Source: an uncultured Candidatus Saccharibacteria bacterium (lineage in GTDB: Bacteria; Patescibacteriota; Doudnabacteria; UBA920; 2-01-FULL-46-14). From it: a stretch of DNA of 64,000 nucleotides. The notes under the pieces were generated by a model that had not been told where the DNA came from, searched no databases, and worked only from the letters and a program-made list of their open reading frames with translations. How positions within the stretch are numbered: the first letter of the stretch is position 1; every line of letters begins with the position of its first letter. Shown here in pieces: positions 1 through 9,214 of this stretch. The position numbers were made by a program, and so were the translations under genes. The DNA is taken from NCBI GenBank assembly GCA_964360335.1, contig CAYHVH010000002.1, forward strand, positions 804-64,803, written 5' to 3'.

Positions 1-900
1 AAACTTAAAAATCAGTCCATGCATGTTCGTCAGGACCTGGCGCGACATGCGGCAAAATGGTGCTGGATGCCTTATGAATATATAGGTCCCAAGGTATGGA
101 CACAACAGGATTTTTTAGATCGGATTCTTAAATTTGCAAAAAAGAGACAAGAGGCAAACCGTTTGATTAGGGAAAAACTTGCCTACCTGCGTAGATTAAA
201 AACAAGACAAAATTTTCTTGTAAAAAAATACAAAATCTCGAGGGAGGACTTGCGCTTTGTGAACAATTTGCGGCAAATTGCCACGATGCAGGACGAAAAG
301 AAATACAATTGCAGTATAGCCCAGTATGCTTTACAGGAGGCAATCTTTAAACGCATCGCGGACAAATTACATCTTAGTAACCATCAGTTCTGTATGAAAT
401 TTACCGAGGAGGAGCTTTCGAGGGCTCTAAAGAGGGGTGATGCAAATTCAATTACGAAATTGCTACCGGAGCGGCTTAAAGCAATATCTGCGATAGCGAC
501 TCCCCGCCAATTAGTAATCGTGTCGGGTAACAAGGCAATAAGATTTTATGATAAATTCAATCCCAAACTTTCCGGTGCCGAATTTTTAAAGGGACAAATT
601 GCCTCGCGTGGAACGGTACGAGGACTCGCCAAGATTCTAAATGGACCCTACGAGATTGCAAAAGTCAAGCGTGGCAATATTTTAATGGCGCCGATGACAA
701 CGCCTGATTATGTGCCGGCCATGCGTCGCGCTGCGGCAATTGTGACGAACGAAGGTGGTATGACATCGCATGCAGCCATAGTTTCCCGAGAGTTGGGCAT
801 TCCGTGCATAGTTGGGACCAAAATCGCGACTAGCATTTTCAAAAACGGCGACCTGGTCGAAGTGGATGCAAATAAAGGAGTTGTGAGGAAGTTGAAATAA
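1..900 (+). CDS. PEP-utiliser mobile (phospho-His swivel) domain protein, array member 1 (5'-truncated by window edge)
   Basis: Frame is open from base 1. C-terminal GQIASRG...TNEGGMTSHAAIVSRELGIPCIVG...GDLVEVDANKG is the phospho-His swivel motif. Confidence 0.85.
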   Translation, partial: KLKNQSMHVRQDLARHAAKWCWMPYEYIGPKVWTQQDFLDRILKFAKKRQEANRLIREKLAYLRRLKTRQNFLVKKYKISREDLRFVNNLRQIATMQDEKKYNCSIAQYALQEAIFKRIADKLHLSNHQFCMKFTEEELSRALKRGDANSITKLLPERLKAISAIATPRQLVIVSGNKAIRFYDKFNPKLSGAEFLKGQIASRGTVRGLAKILNGPYEIAKVKRGNILMAPMTTPDYVPAMRRAAAIVTNEGGMTSHAAIVSRELGIPCIVGTKIATSIFKNGDLVEVDANKGVVRKLK

Positions 901-2399
901 TGCCTGATTATTCTTACATTTACAAAACCAAGTTTCGGAAAATGGGGAAATGGAATTTACTGCCCGCTGACAGCAATTGCAACTGGCATTCCGAGGAGAC
1001 CTCCCGATACTTCAAAAAGATTTTCGGGTTTGGCAAAGGCACCTTCATTATCCAAACCCTGGATGATGACATGCAACACGCTTATTTTCCGCAGTTTTAT
1101 ATAGATAAAATTTATAATTTCATTCTCAGAACGAATAAACAGCATTATAAAAAGTTCGCGAGGATTATCAGCAGTTTTTATCCTTTGCGGAGACAAGCTG
1201 TCAAAGCAATCCCTAAAACCGGAAAAATCGATTTAAAAAAACTTTCAAACAGGAAGCTTGTTGAAGTCTTTAAGTACAACCGTGATTGGGCGCATCGGGT
1301 GACTCCATATGACCAATTTGGCTGGATTGCCGAGGATTATTGGAACCCGGTCATGGAGAAAATCTTGGTCAGACATGGCTTGAAAAAAGGGTCGGATGAA
1401 TTTTTGCGAGTACTTTTTGTGCTGACCAAGCCCGAGGAAATTTCCACGACCTTGATGGAAAAGCGAGATGTCTTGGAACAAGCCATGAAAATAAAAGAGA
1501 AAAAGACCAATTTGATATCTGCTAGTAAATCATTGGCGAAAGAATACGGTTGGATACCGGTATTTACTTTTGGCACGCCCTGGGACAGTAAGCATTATGT
1601 TTCGGAACTGAAAGGAGTTTTGAAAAAAAGTCACCAGGGCCTTTGGCATGAGTATCTGAAACTGAAAAATTATAGACAGATAAGGAATCACGAGCTTCGG
1701 GATGTGGTCAGGAAATATAAGATTTCCAAAGAAGACTTGCAGAAATTCATTGATTTTGGCCTGGCCTTGGATGCCCGCAACGAAGCTGAATATCTGGTCA
1801 GCCTTTGCGGTTTCTACGTTTTACCAATCTATAGTGAAATAGCCAGAAGGTTGTACATTTCGGTTAAGCAGTTACGCAATCTGGTCAAAAGAGAAATTAT
1901 CGCGTGTCTGGAAGATAAAGCCAATGCCCAAGAGATTCTAGAAAATCAGGGCAAGATCATTGGTTGGGTTTTCGACAAAAGCATGTTGCATATGAAGTAT
2001 TTGGATTCCAAAGAAGCCCAAAAGTTTTTCAAGTATCTTAATAAAACTTCCAAAAATCTGCAGGGCAATGATGAAGCCAAAGGCATTTGCGCCAGCCCGG
2101 GCAAAGTTAAGGGCAAGGCGAAAATTATTCATTATCCAAGCGAGGGCGACAAAGTTAAAGAGGGCGATATTTTAATCACCCATGCCACGACTGTTGATTA
2201 CCTGCCGCCAATGAAACTCGCCGCGGCTTATGTTACGGAAGTAGGAGGTCTTACTTGCCATGCGGCCGTGGTGGCGCGTGAATTTGGCGTGCCATGTGTA
2301 GTTGGATTTAAAAACGCGACTAAGAATTTTAAAGACGGCGATTTGGTCGAGGTGGATGCGAATAAGGGGATTGTAAAATTGCTGAAAAAAGCCAAATAG
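900..2399 (+). CDS. Phospho-His swivel domain protein, array member 2 (499 aa)
   Basis: TEVGGLTCHAAVVAREFGVPC motif; helical N-terminal region; TAATG stop/start overlap with member 1. Confidence 0.88.
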   Translation: MPDYSYIYKTKFRKMGKWNLLPADSNCNWHSEETSRYFKKIFGFGKGTFIIQTLDDDMQHAYFPQFYIDKIYNFILRTNKQHYKKFARIISSFYPLRRQAVKAIPKTGKIDLKKLSNRKLVEVFKYNRDWAHRVTPYDQFGWIAEDYWNPVMEKILVRHGLKKGSDEFLRVLFVLTKPEEISTTLMEKRDVLEQAMKIKEKKTNLISASKSLAKEYGWIPVFTFGTPWDSKHYVSELKGVLKKSHQGLWHEYLKLKNYRQIRNHELRDVVRKYKISKEDLQKFIDFGLALDARNEAEYLVSLCGFYVLPIYSEIARRLYISVKQLRNLVKREIIACLEDKANAQEILENQGKIIGWVFDKSMLHMKYLDSKEAQKFFKYLNKTSKNLQGNDEAKGICASPGKVKGKAKIIHYPSEGDKVKEGDILITHATTVDYLPPMKLAAAYVTEVGGLTCHAAVVAREFGVPCVVGFKNATKNFKDGDLVEVDANKGIVKLLKKAK

Positions 2400-2405
2400 A
2401 CTTCT

Positions 2406-3503
2406 ATGAGCAGGTCTATTATCAAAAAAATTCGTGGCAAGAAGTTCATCCGAGCTTGGGATCATTATGATTCGCCAGTATTGTGGGTCGAATTTTTATG
2501 GATAGCTGATATGCAAAAAATGAAAAAACTATTCGGATTTACATATGGTGGCCATTGTTTTGTTTCAAGAAGTCAAAAAACAAGTTTTTACATCAATGCC
2601 GCCAGCGAAAAGAAAGCAACTAAACTGGGAGCTGAGTATTTTTCGAAACCCACTTTTCTTAAAAAATATATTAGTCAAAGTTTACAGGCCGAACAGCGGC
2701 TGTTGAATATTGTGAAAAATTTCAACGAATCTAAAGTTAGACAGTGGAGTAATAAGCAAATAAGAAAGTACTTCAATCCTTTCTGTGACGCCTTTTCCAC
2801 AATAATGGCCTACTATAGAATTTCGCGCCCGGAGTTTTATAAAAAAACTATACTAAATGCTGACTTAGCTCATAAACTAAGGCCGCTAGGTAAAAGAAGA
2901 TTTCATATGCATCGCACATGGATGGAAGCTTTTGAAAAAGCAGAGCCTTTGTTTGCTGAAATTGCCAAAAGAGCTGGCCTGACCACGATGGAAATTATAA
3001 ACTGTACACAGCGAGAGGTGAATACGATCTTAGATAAGTCGGGAATCCCAGTCAATCTGAAAGAAAGAATAAAAGGATTTGAGTTTATATATAAAGAAAA
3101 CAACTTTATTCTGAATACTTTACGTCTTAATGCTAATGTATTGGAGCCAAGGAAGAATATCACTTCGGTTTCGGGACACAATGCTTTCCCTGGAATTGTA
3201 AAAGGAAAAGTTTTATTTATAGCCGAATCTTTGAAAAAAATAACTTTGCCTATGAACGATGTGCCCAAGAGAGCTGTGCTAGTGACTAATATGACCTCAC
3301 CTAATATGCTCTCAATTATGAAAAAGGCCGTTGCGTTTGTTACTGATGAAGGAGGTATGCTTTGCCATGCAGCTATTGTCGCACGTGAGATGAAAAAACC
3401 TTGCATAATCGGCACCAAAATCGCAACCAAAGTCCTGAAGGACGGCGATTTGGTCGAAGTAGATGCGAATAGGGGAGTCGTCAGAATCTTGAAAAGATCT
3501 TGA
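2406..3503 (+). CDS. Phospho-His swivel domain protein, array member 3 (365 aa, shorter N-terminus)
   Basis: TDEGGMLCHAAIVAREMKKPC motif. Confidence 0.88.
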   Translation: MSRSIIKKIRGKKFIRAWDHYDSPVLWVEFLWIADMQKMKKLFGFTYGGHCFVSRSQKTSFYINAASEKKATKLGAEYFSKPTFLKKYISQSLQAEQRLLNIVKNFNESKVRQWSNKQIRKYFNPFCDAFSTIMAYYRISRPEFYKKTILNADLAHKLRPLGKRRFHMHRTWMEAFEKAEPLFAEIAKRAGLTTMEIINCTQREVNTILDKSGIPVNLKERIKGFEFIYKENNFILNTLRLNANVLEPRKNITSVSGHNAFPGIVKGKVLFIAESLKKITLPMNDVPKRAVLVTNMTSPNMLSIMKKAVAFVTDEGGMLCHAAIVAREMKKPCIIGTKIATKVLKDGDLVEVDANRGVVRILKRS

Positions 3504-3528
3504 CATAGAATTCTATATAGAATATTAT
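3500..3528 (+). promoter_or_regulatory. Sigma70 promoter with overlapping palindromic operator for the TA pair
   Basis: TTGACA(3500-3505)-17 bp-TATTAT(3523-3528); palindromes ATAGAATTCTAT and ATTCTATATAGAAT in the spacer; SD-like GAAAGGAG before ATG 3549. Confidence 0.7.
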
Positions 3529-3548
3529 ATAGTTGAAAGGAGACTAAT

Positions 3549-3833
3549 ATGCCAAAAATAAGCATTTTACCCGAGACCGCCTCGGTTCAGGAAATTCAGA
3601 GAAATTATCGTCGGCTCCTCGACAAAGTCAAGTCTACAAGGACGCCTTTATTTATTTTGCGCAATAGCCTTCCCGAAGCAGTAATTGTTGATGTCAAATC
3701 CTGGAATGAAATAGTTACCCGCTTGCAAAAGGAAGAGGAGAGGTTAGCTTTAGAGGCCATAAAAACCTTCGAAACAGAGCGAAGGCGAGGTAAACTGAAG
3801 CTTTTGAAGGGCTCTCTTGCGGATTTAATTTAG
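3549..3833 (+). CDS. Phd/YefM-family antitoxin
   Basis: 94 aa; SVQEIQRNYRRLLDKVKSTRTPLFILRNSLPEAVIV matches the Phd/YefM N-terminus; lies upstream of a RelE-like toxin. Confidence 0.8.
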   Translation: MPKISILPETASVQEIQRNYRRLLDKVKSTRTPLFILRNSLPEAVIVDVKSWNEIVTRLQKEEERLALEAIKTFETERRRGKLKLLKGSLADLI

Positions 3834-3839
3834 TACCGC

Positions 3840-4106
3840 ATGGAAATTCGTGAGATTTATTATTCTGAGCATTTCAAAAGGGCTCTGAAAAAATTACCAG
3901 CAGAGCTTAAACCACAAATAAGAACCAGGGAAAAGATTTTTAAAAAGAACTGTTTTGACCCGAGGCTTAAAACACACAAGCTGTCAGGTGCACTGAAAAA
4001 CTTCTGGTCTTTCTCAATCACGCATTCCCACCGCGTTCTTTTTCAGTTTTTAGGAGAGAGGAGGGTAGGTTTTATTGATGTAGGGGACCACTCGATTTAT
4101 CAGTAA
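3840..4106 (+). CDS. RelE/YafQ-superfamily mRNA interferase toxin
   Basis: 88 aa, basic; YSEHFKRALKKL...LKTHKLSG...WSFSI...RVLF...DVGDHSIY. Confidence 0.85.
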   Translation: MEIREIYYSEHFKRALKKLPAELKPQIRTREKIFKKNCFDPRLKTHKLSGALKNFWSFSITHSHRVLFQFLGERRVGFIDVGDHSIYQ

Positions 4107-4142
4107 ATTTTATATCCTCCAAAGCTGCCCGATTACGACGCT

Positions 4143-5597
4143 ATGAACCGAAAAGGAATTAATTGGCTAGAGGTTGCCAGGCGAGCGAAAGTCCAGTCTA
4201 CCCTGATTACTGATGCCGCTGCCGAAGGCATCAAGCGCGGATACTATAAAAAGTTTCACGACAACAAAGTCAATTTAACTGCCTACCGTCACTTTGATGC
4301 ATCACGGTCGTTTGATGAGGCGGAAGTTGGCTCGGTCGTGGAGTGGCTCTCGGGACAGGAGAAAAAACGCCCTGGCTTTTTGATTCATTTCGCTCGAAAA
4401 TTAGCCAGGGTTTATCTCAATTTTGCAACATGGGCACACAACACAGTTTATACAGATCCGAAAAAATTCTCAAATAGCGAGTTGGCGCGAAGTTTTTGGA
4501 ATTTTTACGTTAGGAGCTTCTGGTTGGTTAATGACTACGATTATATTTTTGTAAACCGTTTTCTCCCCGACGAAATTACCGAAGCGGTCGCCAAAAAAGT
4601 GCCTGATCTTCACAGGCAGACCCAATACCTTTCTGTCCTTTTCGCCACAGACGAGGTGACCCAGATAAAAGCCGATAAATTGAGTATTCATCGGATAGCA
4701 AGTCGGGTTTTAAAGGGTGAAGGTATCGATTCTACGTCGATAAATTCTGCGATTGAGGTTCATTGGAAAAAATTTAAACATTTAAATCGCTATTACTACT
4801 TGCAGCTTGATTACTCGATTGCCGACATTAAACGACGGGTAAGGTTGACTTTGAAAAAACTTCAAAGGAGGAAAAAAGAGTCCGAGATGAACGTTGCCCA
4901 GGAAAGCAGAAGAATATTGGCCAGTCTAGCGTTTCCCCCGAGACTCGTCAAGAAAGTTTATGCAATCAAATCTTTTGGTTACTTGTCTAATGTGTTCGAT
5001 GAAACCATAACTTTTGCAATAAGCCAGTACGACCCGCTGTTTTTGGAAATCGCGCGTCGGCTGGGCCTTACCCGTACGGAACTTGTAATGGCACGGGGTG
5101 AGGAGATCGTAGACGCACTTGTCCACGGCTTAAGAAAAGATTTGAAAAAGCAGCTTCATCTTAGGAGCCAAGATTATGCGCTGGTTTTAGAGAGAGGAGA
5201 GATTGAAATCTTCACAGGAACACAACTCGCACTATACCGAAAACAGGAGCTTAAATCTGAAAATATTTCAAACAGGCTGCGCGTGCTGAAGGGGCAGGCG
5301 GCTTCGCCAGGAAAGGTCCGGGGCCGGGTTAAAGTTCTGTGGGACCTGGAAGAAATAAACAAGGTTAAAAAGGGCGATATTCTAGTTGCCCCCTCCACTT
5401 ACCCCGCCCTTGTACCTGCTATGGAAAAATCAGCAGCGATAGTGACGAACGAAGGAGGACTTCTTTCTCACGCCGCCATTGTCAGTCGAGAAATTGGGAT
5501 TCCTTGCGTCGTCGGCACGAAAATCGCCACCAAAGTCCTCAAAGACGGGGATTTGGTGGAGGTGGATGCGAATAAAGGGGTTGTGCGTAAGTTATGA
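4143..5597 (+). CDS. Phospho-His swivel domain protein, array member 4 (484 aa)
   Basis: TNEGGLLSHAAIVSREIGIPC motif. Confidence 0.88.
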   Translation: MNRKGINWLEVARRAKVQSTLITDAAAEGIKRGYYKKFHDNKVNLTAYRHFDASRSFDEAEVGSVVEWLSGQEKKRPGFLIHFARKLARVYLNFATWAHNTVYTDPKKFSNSELARSFWNFYVRSFWLVNDYDYIFVNRFLPDEITEAVAKKVPDLHRQTQYLSVLFATDEVTQIKADKLSIHRIASRVLKGEGIDSTSINSAIEVHWKKFKHLNRYYYLQLDYSIADIKRRVRLTLKKLQRRKKESEMNVAQESRRILASLAFPPRLVKKVYAIKSFGYLSNVFDETITFAISQYDPLFLEIARRLGLTRTELVMARGEEIVDALVHGLRKDLKKQLHLRSQDYALVLERGEIEIFTGTQLALYRKQELKSENISNRLRVLKGQAASPGKVRGRVKVLWDLEEINKVKKGDILVAPSTYPALVPAMEKSAAIVTNEGGLLSHAAIVSREIGIPCVVGTKIATKVLKDGDLVEVDANKGVVRKL

Positions 5598-6199
5598 GCA
5601 AAATTAAGCTCATCATCGTCGATTTTTACGGGGTATTAACCTTGGGCAGTTACCGCGAGACATGTCAGTGGATAGCGAAAAAATTCGGGCTAGACTACGA
5701 TAAAGTCTACAAAATCTTTTACTTTAAGTATTTCAATAAAGCGGCGCTGGGGAAGATTACAGAAAGACAATCCTTCGAGCTTCCCCTGAAAGAACTGGGT
5801 CTAAATGAGGATTGGCAAAAGCTCCGCCGGAAACATTTGTCTTTTCAGAAACTTAATAAACCGGTTTTTAGATTTTTTTTGAGTTTACAGAACAGAGGCT
5901 TTCGGATTCTGTTACTTTCAAAAAACACCCCCCGTCAGTTCAAGGAGACGGTCAAGCGACTGCGAATCAGAAGGTATTTCAAAACTATCATTAATACCTT
6001 TGATTTGCGGTTACCCAAAGCCAGCCCCAAAATGATAAAATATGTTCTGGCCAAATTTAAAATACAGCCTGGCGAGGCGGTATTTGTTGATGACCAAGAT
6101 TTTAACCTCGCAGCGCCAAGACGTTTAGGTGTTCATACAATCCTTTACAAAAATTTTCGCGACCTCAAACGCCGGGTCGAGAGATTACTATACTCCTGA
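5594..6199 (+). CDS. HAD-superfamily phosphatase
   Basis: Motif I variant IVDFYGVL, LLSKN, PK, VFVDDQDFNL; ATGA overlap with array member 4. Confidence 0.85.
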   Translation: MSKIKLIIVDFYGVLTLGSYRETCQWIAKKFGLDYDKVYKIFYFKYFNKAALGKITERQSFELPLKELGLNEDWQKLRRKHLSFQKLNKPVFRFFLSLQNRGFRILLLSKNTPRQFKETVKRLRIRRYFKTIINTFDLRLPKASPKMIKYVLAKFKIQPGEAVFVDDQDFNLAAPRRLGVHTILYKNFRDLKRRVERLLYS

Positions 6200-6895
6200 T
6201 TTGCTTTTGTGTGTTTTGGTTTTTAGGTAGTTGCGGAAAAAAGCAAGTTTAGTTTTGTCCTTTTGCCAGCCAAAGGCGTCGTCCACATACCAGTGCAGAA
6301 GCGTGCGCGCGTCTTTTGAAATGATTTTATGCCGGTACGAATAGTTAATAATATCATAGAGATCGCAAAAGGACTGGAGTCGCACTTTGCTGGGTTTAAT
6401 CCAACGACGATACTTCTTGGCATCTTGTCTGCGGTTTGACCTGGAGACCGGAACAATTACCCAATTTATTTTCAAACCCGCTTGTCTGATGTTCTTTATG
6501 AATTTTACCTTGGAAGCCCCGTGCCCCGTAGCGTCATCCACGAGAATCGCGGTCATTCCTTTTTTGAAGTTTCCTTCCAGTGCTTGCGCTGTCCCGCCCT
6601 TTTTCGGCTCTTTGCGAACGTAACCGTGAAGTTTACCCGACATTAGAGAGAGGGCGGTAGCGATTGGTATGCCTGCAGTAACTCCGCCAATAATGCAATC
6701 AAATTTTATTTTCTTGTCCCTTATGAACTTTAGTATTTCTTGGCAAATTATTTTCAGTCTTCGCGGATCAGAAAAGGTCTTTCGCAAATCGGGATAAATC
6801 GGCACATAATTGCCGCTGGTGGTGACTTTGGGCCCTATGACGTAAAAACCCGGTGTTCCGGCAAAAATCTTGATAATGTTTGCACTTTTTACCAT
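6188..6895 (-). CDS. Type I phosphoribosyltransferase, orotate PRTase-like
   Basis: TSGNYVPIYPDLR, GIPIATALS, YVRKEPKKGG, PRPP loop ILVDDATGHGASK; start placed at MVKSAN (6895). Confidence 0.75.
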   Translation of the reverse strand: MVKSANIIKIFAGTPGFYVIGPKVTTSGNYVPIYPDLRKTFSDPRRLKIICQEILKFIRDKKIKFDCIIGGVTAGIPIATALSLMSGKLHGYVRKEPKKGGTAQALEGNFKKGMTAILVDDATGHGASKVKFIKNIRQAGLKINWVIVPVSRSNRRQDAKKYRRWIKPSKVRLQSFCDLYDIINYSYRHKIISKDARTLLHWYVDDAFGWQKDKTKLAFFRNYLKTKTHKSKSGV

Positions 6896-6925
6896 AGCTG
6901 GATTTAGTATATAAATTCCCGGACA

Positions 6926-6971
6926 AAAAAAGAAGGGCGGCGCAGAGCTTTTCCAGCTCTGGCCGCCCCGA
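6926..6971 (-). terminator. Intrinsic terminator after the histidine phosphatase gene
   Basis: GGGCGGC-CAGAGC...GCTCTG-GCCGCCC stem followed by a T-tract on the minus strand. Confidence 0.55.
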
Positions 6972-6986
6972 ATCAGTGGAGCCGGC

Positions 6987-7595
6987 CTACTGTCGGCCGA
7001 GGTTGCCGAGGTAGTCGACGTCGAGCAGGCAGTCGCTCTCAAAGGTGAGGATTGCCACGCTACCCGCTTCGAAGCGTGTACCGACCGCATCTAGTTCGAC
7101 TCCCAGCAGCGCGGCCAGTACCGGTTCCAGTCTGCCGCCGCCGTGACTGGCGATCCCGATAATTTTGCCCGGATAACCCCGGACATACTCCAGAATGGCC
7201 TCCGCCCCCTCTTTTCCACGAGCCATGAGTTGCTCGCGGAATTGAGGATCGCTTAATAGCAGTTCTTCAGCCGAAGTGCCGGTTTCCGTTGCGCGTTTCT
7301 TGAGAGCATCAATCTCTTCCGGCGCAAAGGGGTACCGACCGAGCAAAGCGTCCCCCAGTCGGGGATCGGCACTCGTGAGCGGGACGACTTCCCCCATCCC
7401 AATCATGTTGCAGTAGAGCGTGTCGATCGAGCGGAATTGCGGGGACGAAACCGCGACATCGATTGTTAAGCCCATTTCCTTCAGCCTGGAGCCGGATCTA
7501 ACCGCCCTTTTCCTGGATTCCTCCGGTAGCGCGTTCAAGGGCACATCCGAGCCTTCCCGGCTTTCGTGCCGGATAAACAAAACGGTTGTCTTCAT
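6987..7595 (-). CDS. Histidine phosphatase superfamily protein (SixA/phosphoglycerate-mutase-like)
   Basis: FIRHE (RHG variant), SSPQFRSIDT, IASHGG. Confidence 0.75.
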   Translation of the reverse strand: MKTTVLFIRHESREGSDVPLNALPEESRKRAVRSGSRLKEMGLTIDVAVSSPQFRSIDTLYCNMIGMGEVVPLTSADPRLGDALLGRYPFAPEEIDALKKRATETGTSAEELLLSDPQFREQLMARGKEGAEAILEYVRGYPGKIIGIASHGGGRLEPVLAALLGVELDAVGTRFEAGSVAILTFESDCLLDVDYLGNLGRQ

Positions 7596-7678
7596 CTTCC
7601 CCTCCGATTTTGGTTTTGGCCATCAAGAGTAGCATGTTTGCGGCTGTCCGTCAAGCTCTATATAATTCAAATCAGAAT

Positions 7679-9214
7679 ATGGCTATCATTTGGAAAAAAA
7701 AGGAAGCATTGCGCTGCGATTTCAATGTTCCGGCCGACACGATTCCCGGCTGGTATCACCTGCAGACGAAAACCATCGGCCAACACGCGATCACGAAAAG
7801 TCTTTTTGTTTTTGAAAACGGGGTCTTGGCCGGCTATTACCTTCCCAAAAAAGAGCTGCGAAAAATCGCAACTCTCACTCTGCGAGCGGTATTGGAAAAC
7901 CCGACGCGCATCGACCGCGTTCACAAACGAGCCACGGATCTTAACTGGCAGTATTTTCGTTTTGCCGAAAAAATCCGGAAGCTTGATTTAACCAAGCTTA
8001 CCAACCGACAACTCCTTAAGCTCCATTCGCGGCTTTTTAGATTACAGATGCTGAGTCACTGCTATGCTCAACCCACGACTTGGTTTGTGGACAGTGACGG
8101 AAACGATTTAACTAATTATTTGATGAATTTCCTGAAGCGGCGAATTCAGGCCACTCGGGAAAGACTGGATTTTGCCGCTGCTTTCAGCATTTTGACGACA
8201 CCTTCCAGGATAACGCTCGGCAGTCAGGAAGAGAAAGAGTCACTGCAAATCCTGGAGTGGATACAAAAGCAGGCGAAAGTGAAGAACTGGTTTCTTGCCA
8301 AGAACCGTTCGCCATTAAGCCAGAAGTTCACGCAGCTTCCCGCGGCCGCCAGAAGCAAACTTTACCGCCATTATTACAAATGGACCTGGCTCCCGTACGC
8401 ATACACCGGGCCCCCATATAGCTTGGATTATTATTTGGATGTCTGGAGAGGGCTGTTGCGGGAAAGAGTAAATCCGCAAAAGGAGATTAAGGGAAAATCG
8501 CAGCAAGCCCTGGAAACGCGCAGGCGACATGCTGTTCTGTTCAAAAAGCTCAAATTTAGCGGCTATGAAAAGAAATTATTTGATACTGCTGCCGACATCG
8601 TCTGGCTTAAAGGGTTTCGCAAGGATTGTTATTTTCACGGTTTTTTCGTCCTGGATTTGATCCTTGCAGAAATCGGCAAGCGCACGGGTTTAGCCTTGAA
8701 GCAGGTAAAGTTTTTGCTGCCGCTGGAACTGCCCCTGGCGTTGCGCGGCAAAGACCTGACAAATCTTGTGAACGAAAGGATCAATTTCTCGCTGCTGTAT
8801 GGGGTCAAGGGGCGCATCAAAGCTTTGAGTGGCAGAGCCGCGCATGTTTTCTTGAAAAAATTCCGCTTTCAAAGGGAGAGGCGAGAAAGTTTTGGGGGTA
8901 AGCTCTTCGGTACTTGCGCTTGTCCAGGGGCGGCGAGGGGAGCGGTGAGGATCGTGAACTATCCCGAGGAAATGGGCAGGATGAAATCCGGCGATATCAT
9001 GTTGGCGACGCAGACTTATCCGTCATTGGTGCCGGCCATGAAAAAAGCGGCGGCAATCGTGACGGAAGAGGGCGGGCTCACTTGCCATGCCGCAATTGTC
9101 TCTCGAGAGCTCAAAATTCCCTGTATAGTAGGCATAAAGGGCCTGCTTACCTTTTTGAAAGATGGCGATAGGATAGAGGTGGATGCAAATAAAGGGGTGG
9201 TGAGGAAGTTATGA
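7679..9214 (+). CDS. Phospho-His swivel domain protein, array member 5
   Basis: TEEGGLTCHAAIVSRELKIPC; start placed at MAIIWKK downstream of TATAAT at 7661. Confidence 0.87.
   Translation: MAIIWKKKEALRCDFNVPADTIPGWYHLQTKTIGQHAITKSLFVFENGVLAGYYLPKKELRKIATLTLRAVLENPTRIDRVHKRATDLNWQYFRFAEKIRKLDLTKLTNRQLLKLHSRLFRLQMLSHCYAQPTTWFVDSDGNDLTNYLMNFLKRRIQATRERLDFAAAFSILTTPSRITLGSQEEKESLQILEWIQKQAKVKNWFLAKNRSPLSQKFTQLPAAARSKLYRHYYKWTWLPYAYTGPPYSLDYYLDVWRGLLRERVNPQKEIKGKSQQALETRRRHAVLFKKLKFSGYEKKLFDTAADIVWLKGFRKDCYFHGFFVLDLILAEIGKRTGLALKQVKFLLPLELPLALRGKDLTNLVNERINFSLLYGVKGRIKALSGRAAHVFLKKFRFQRERRESFGGKLFGTCACPGAARGAVRIVNYPEEMGRMKSGDIMLATQTYPSLVPAMKKAAAIVTEEGGLTCHAAIVSRELKIPCIVGIKGLLTFLKDGDRIEVDANKGVVRKL

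Noticed and set aside
2903-3565. Long reverse-strand ORFs (also 22434-23213, 41490-42449, 44587-45270, 50060-50755)
   Set aside because: Antisense shadows of well-supported genes with no recognisable motifs.
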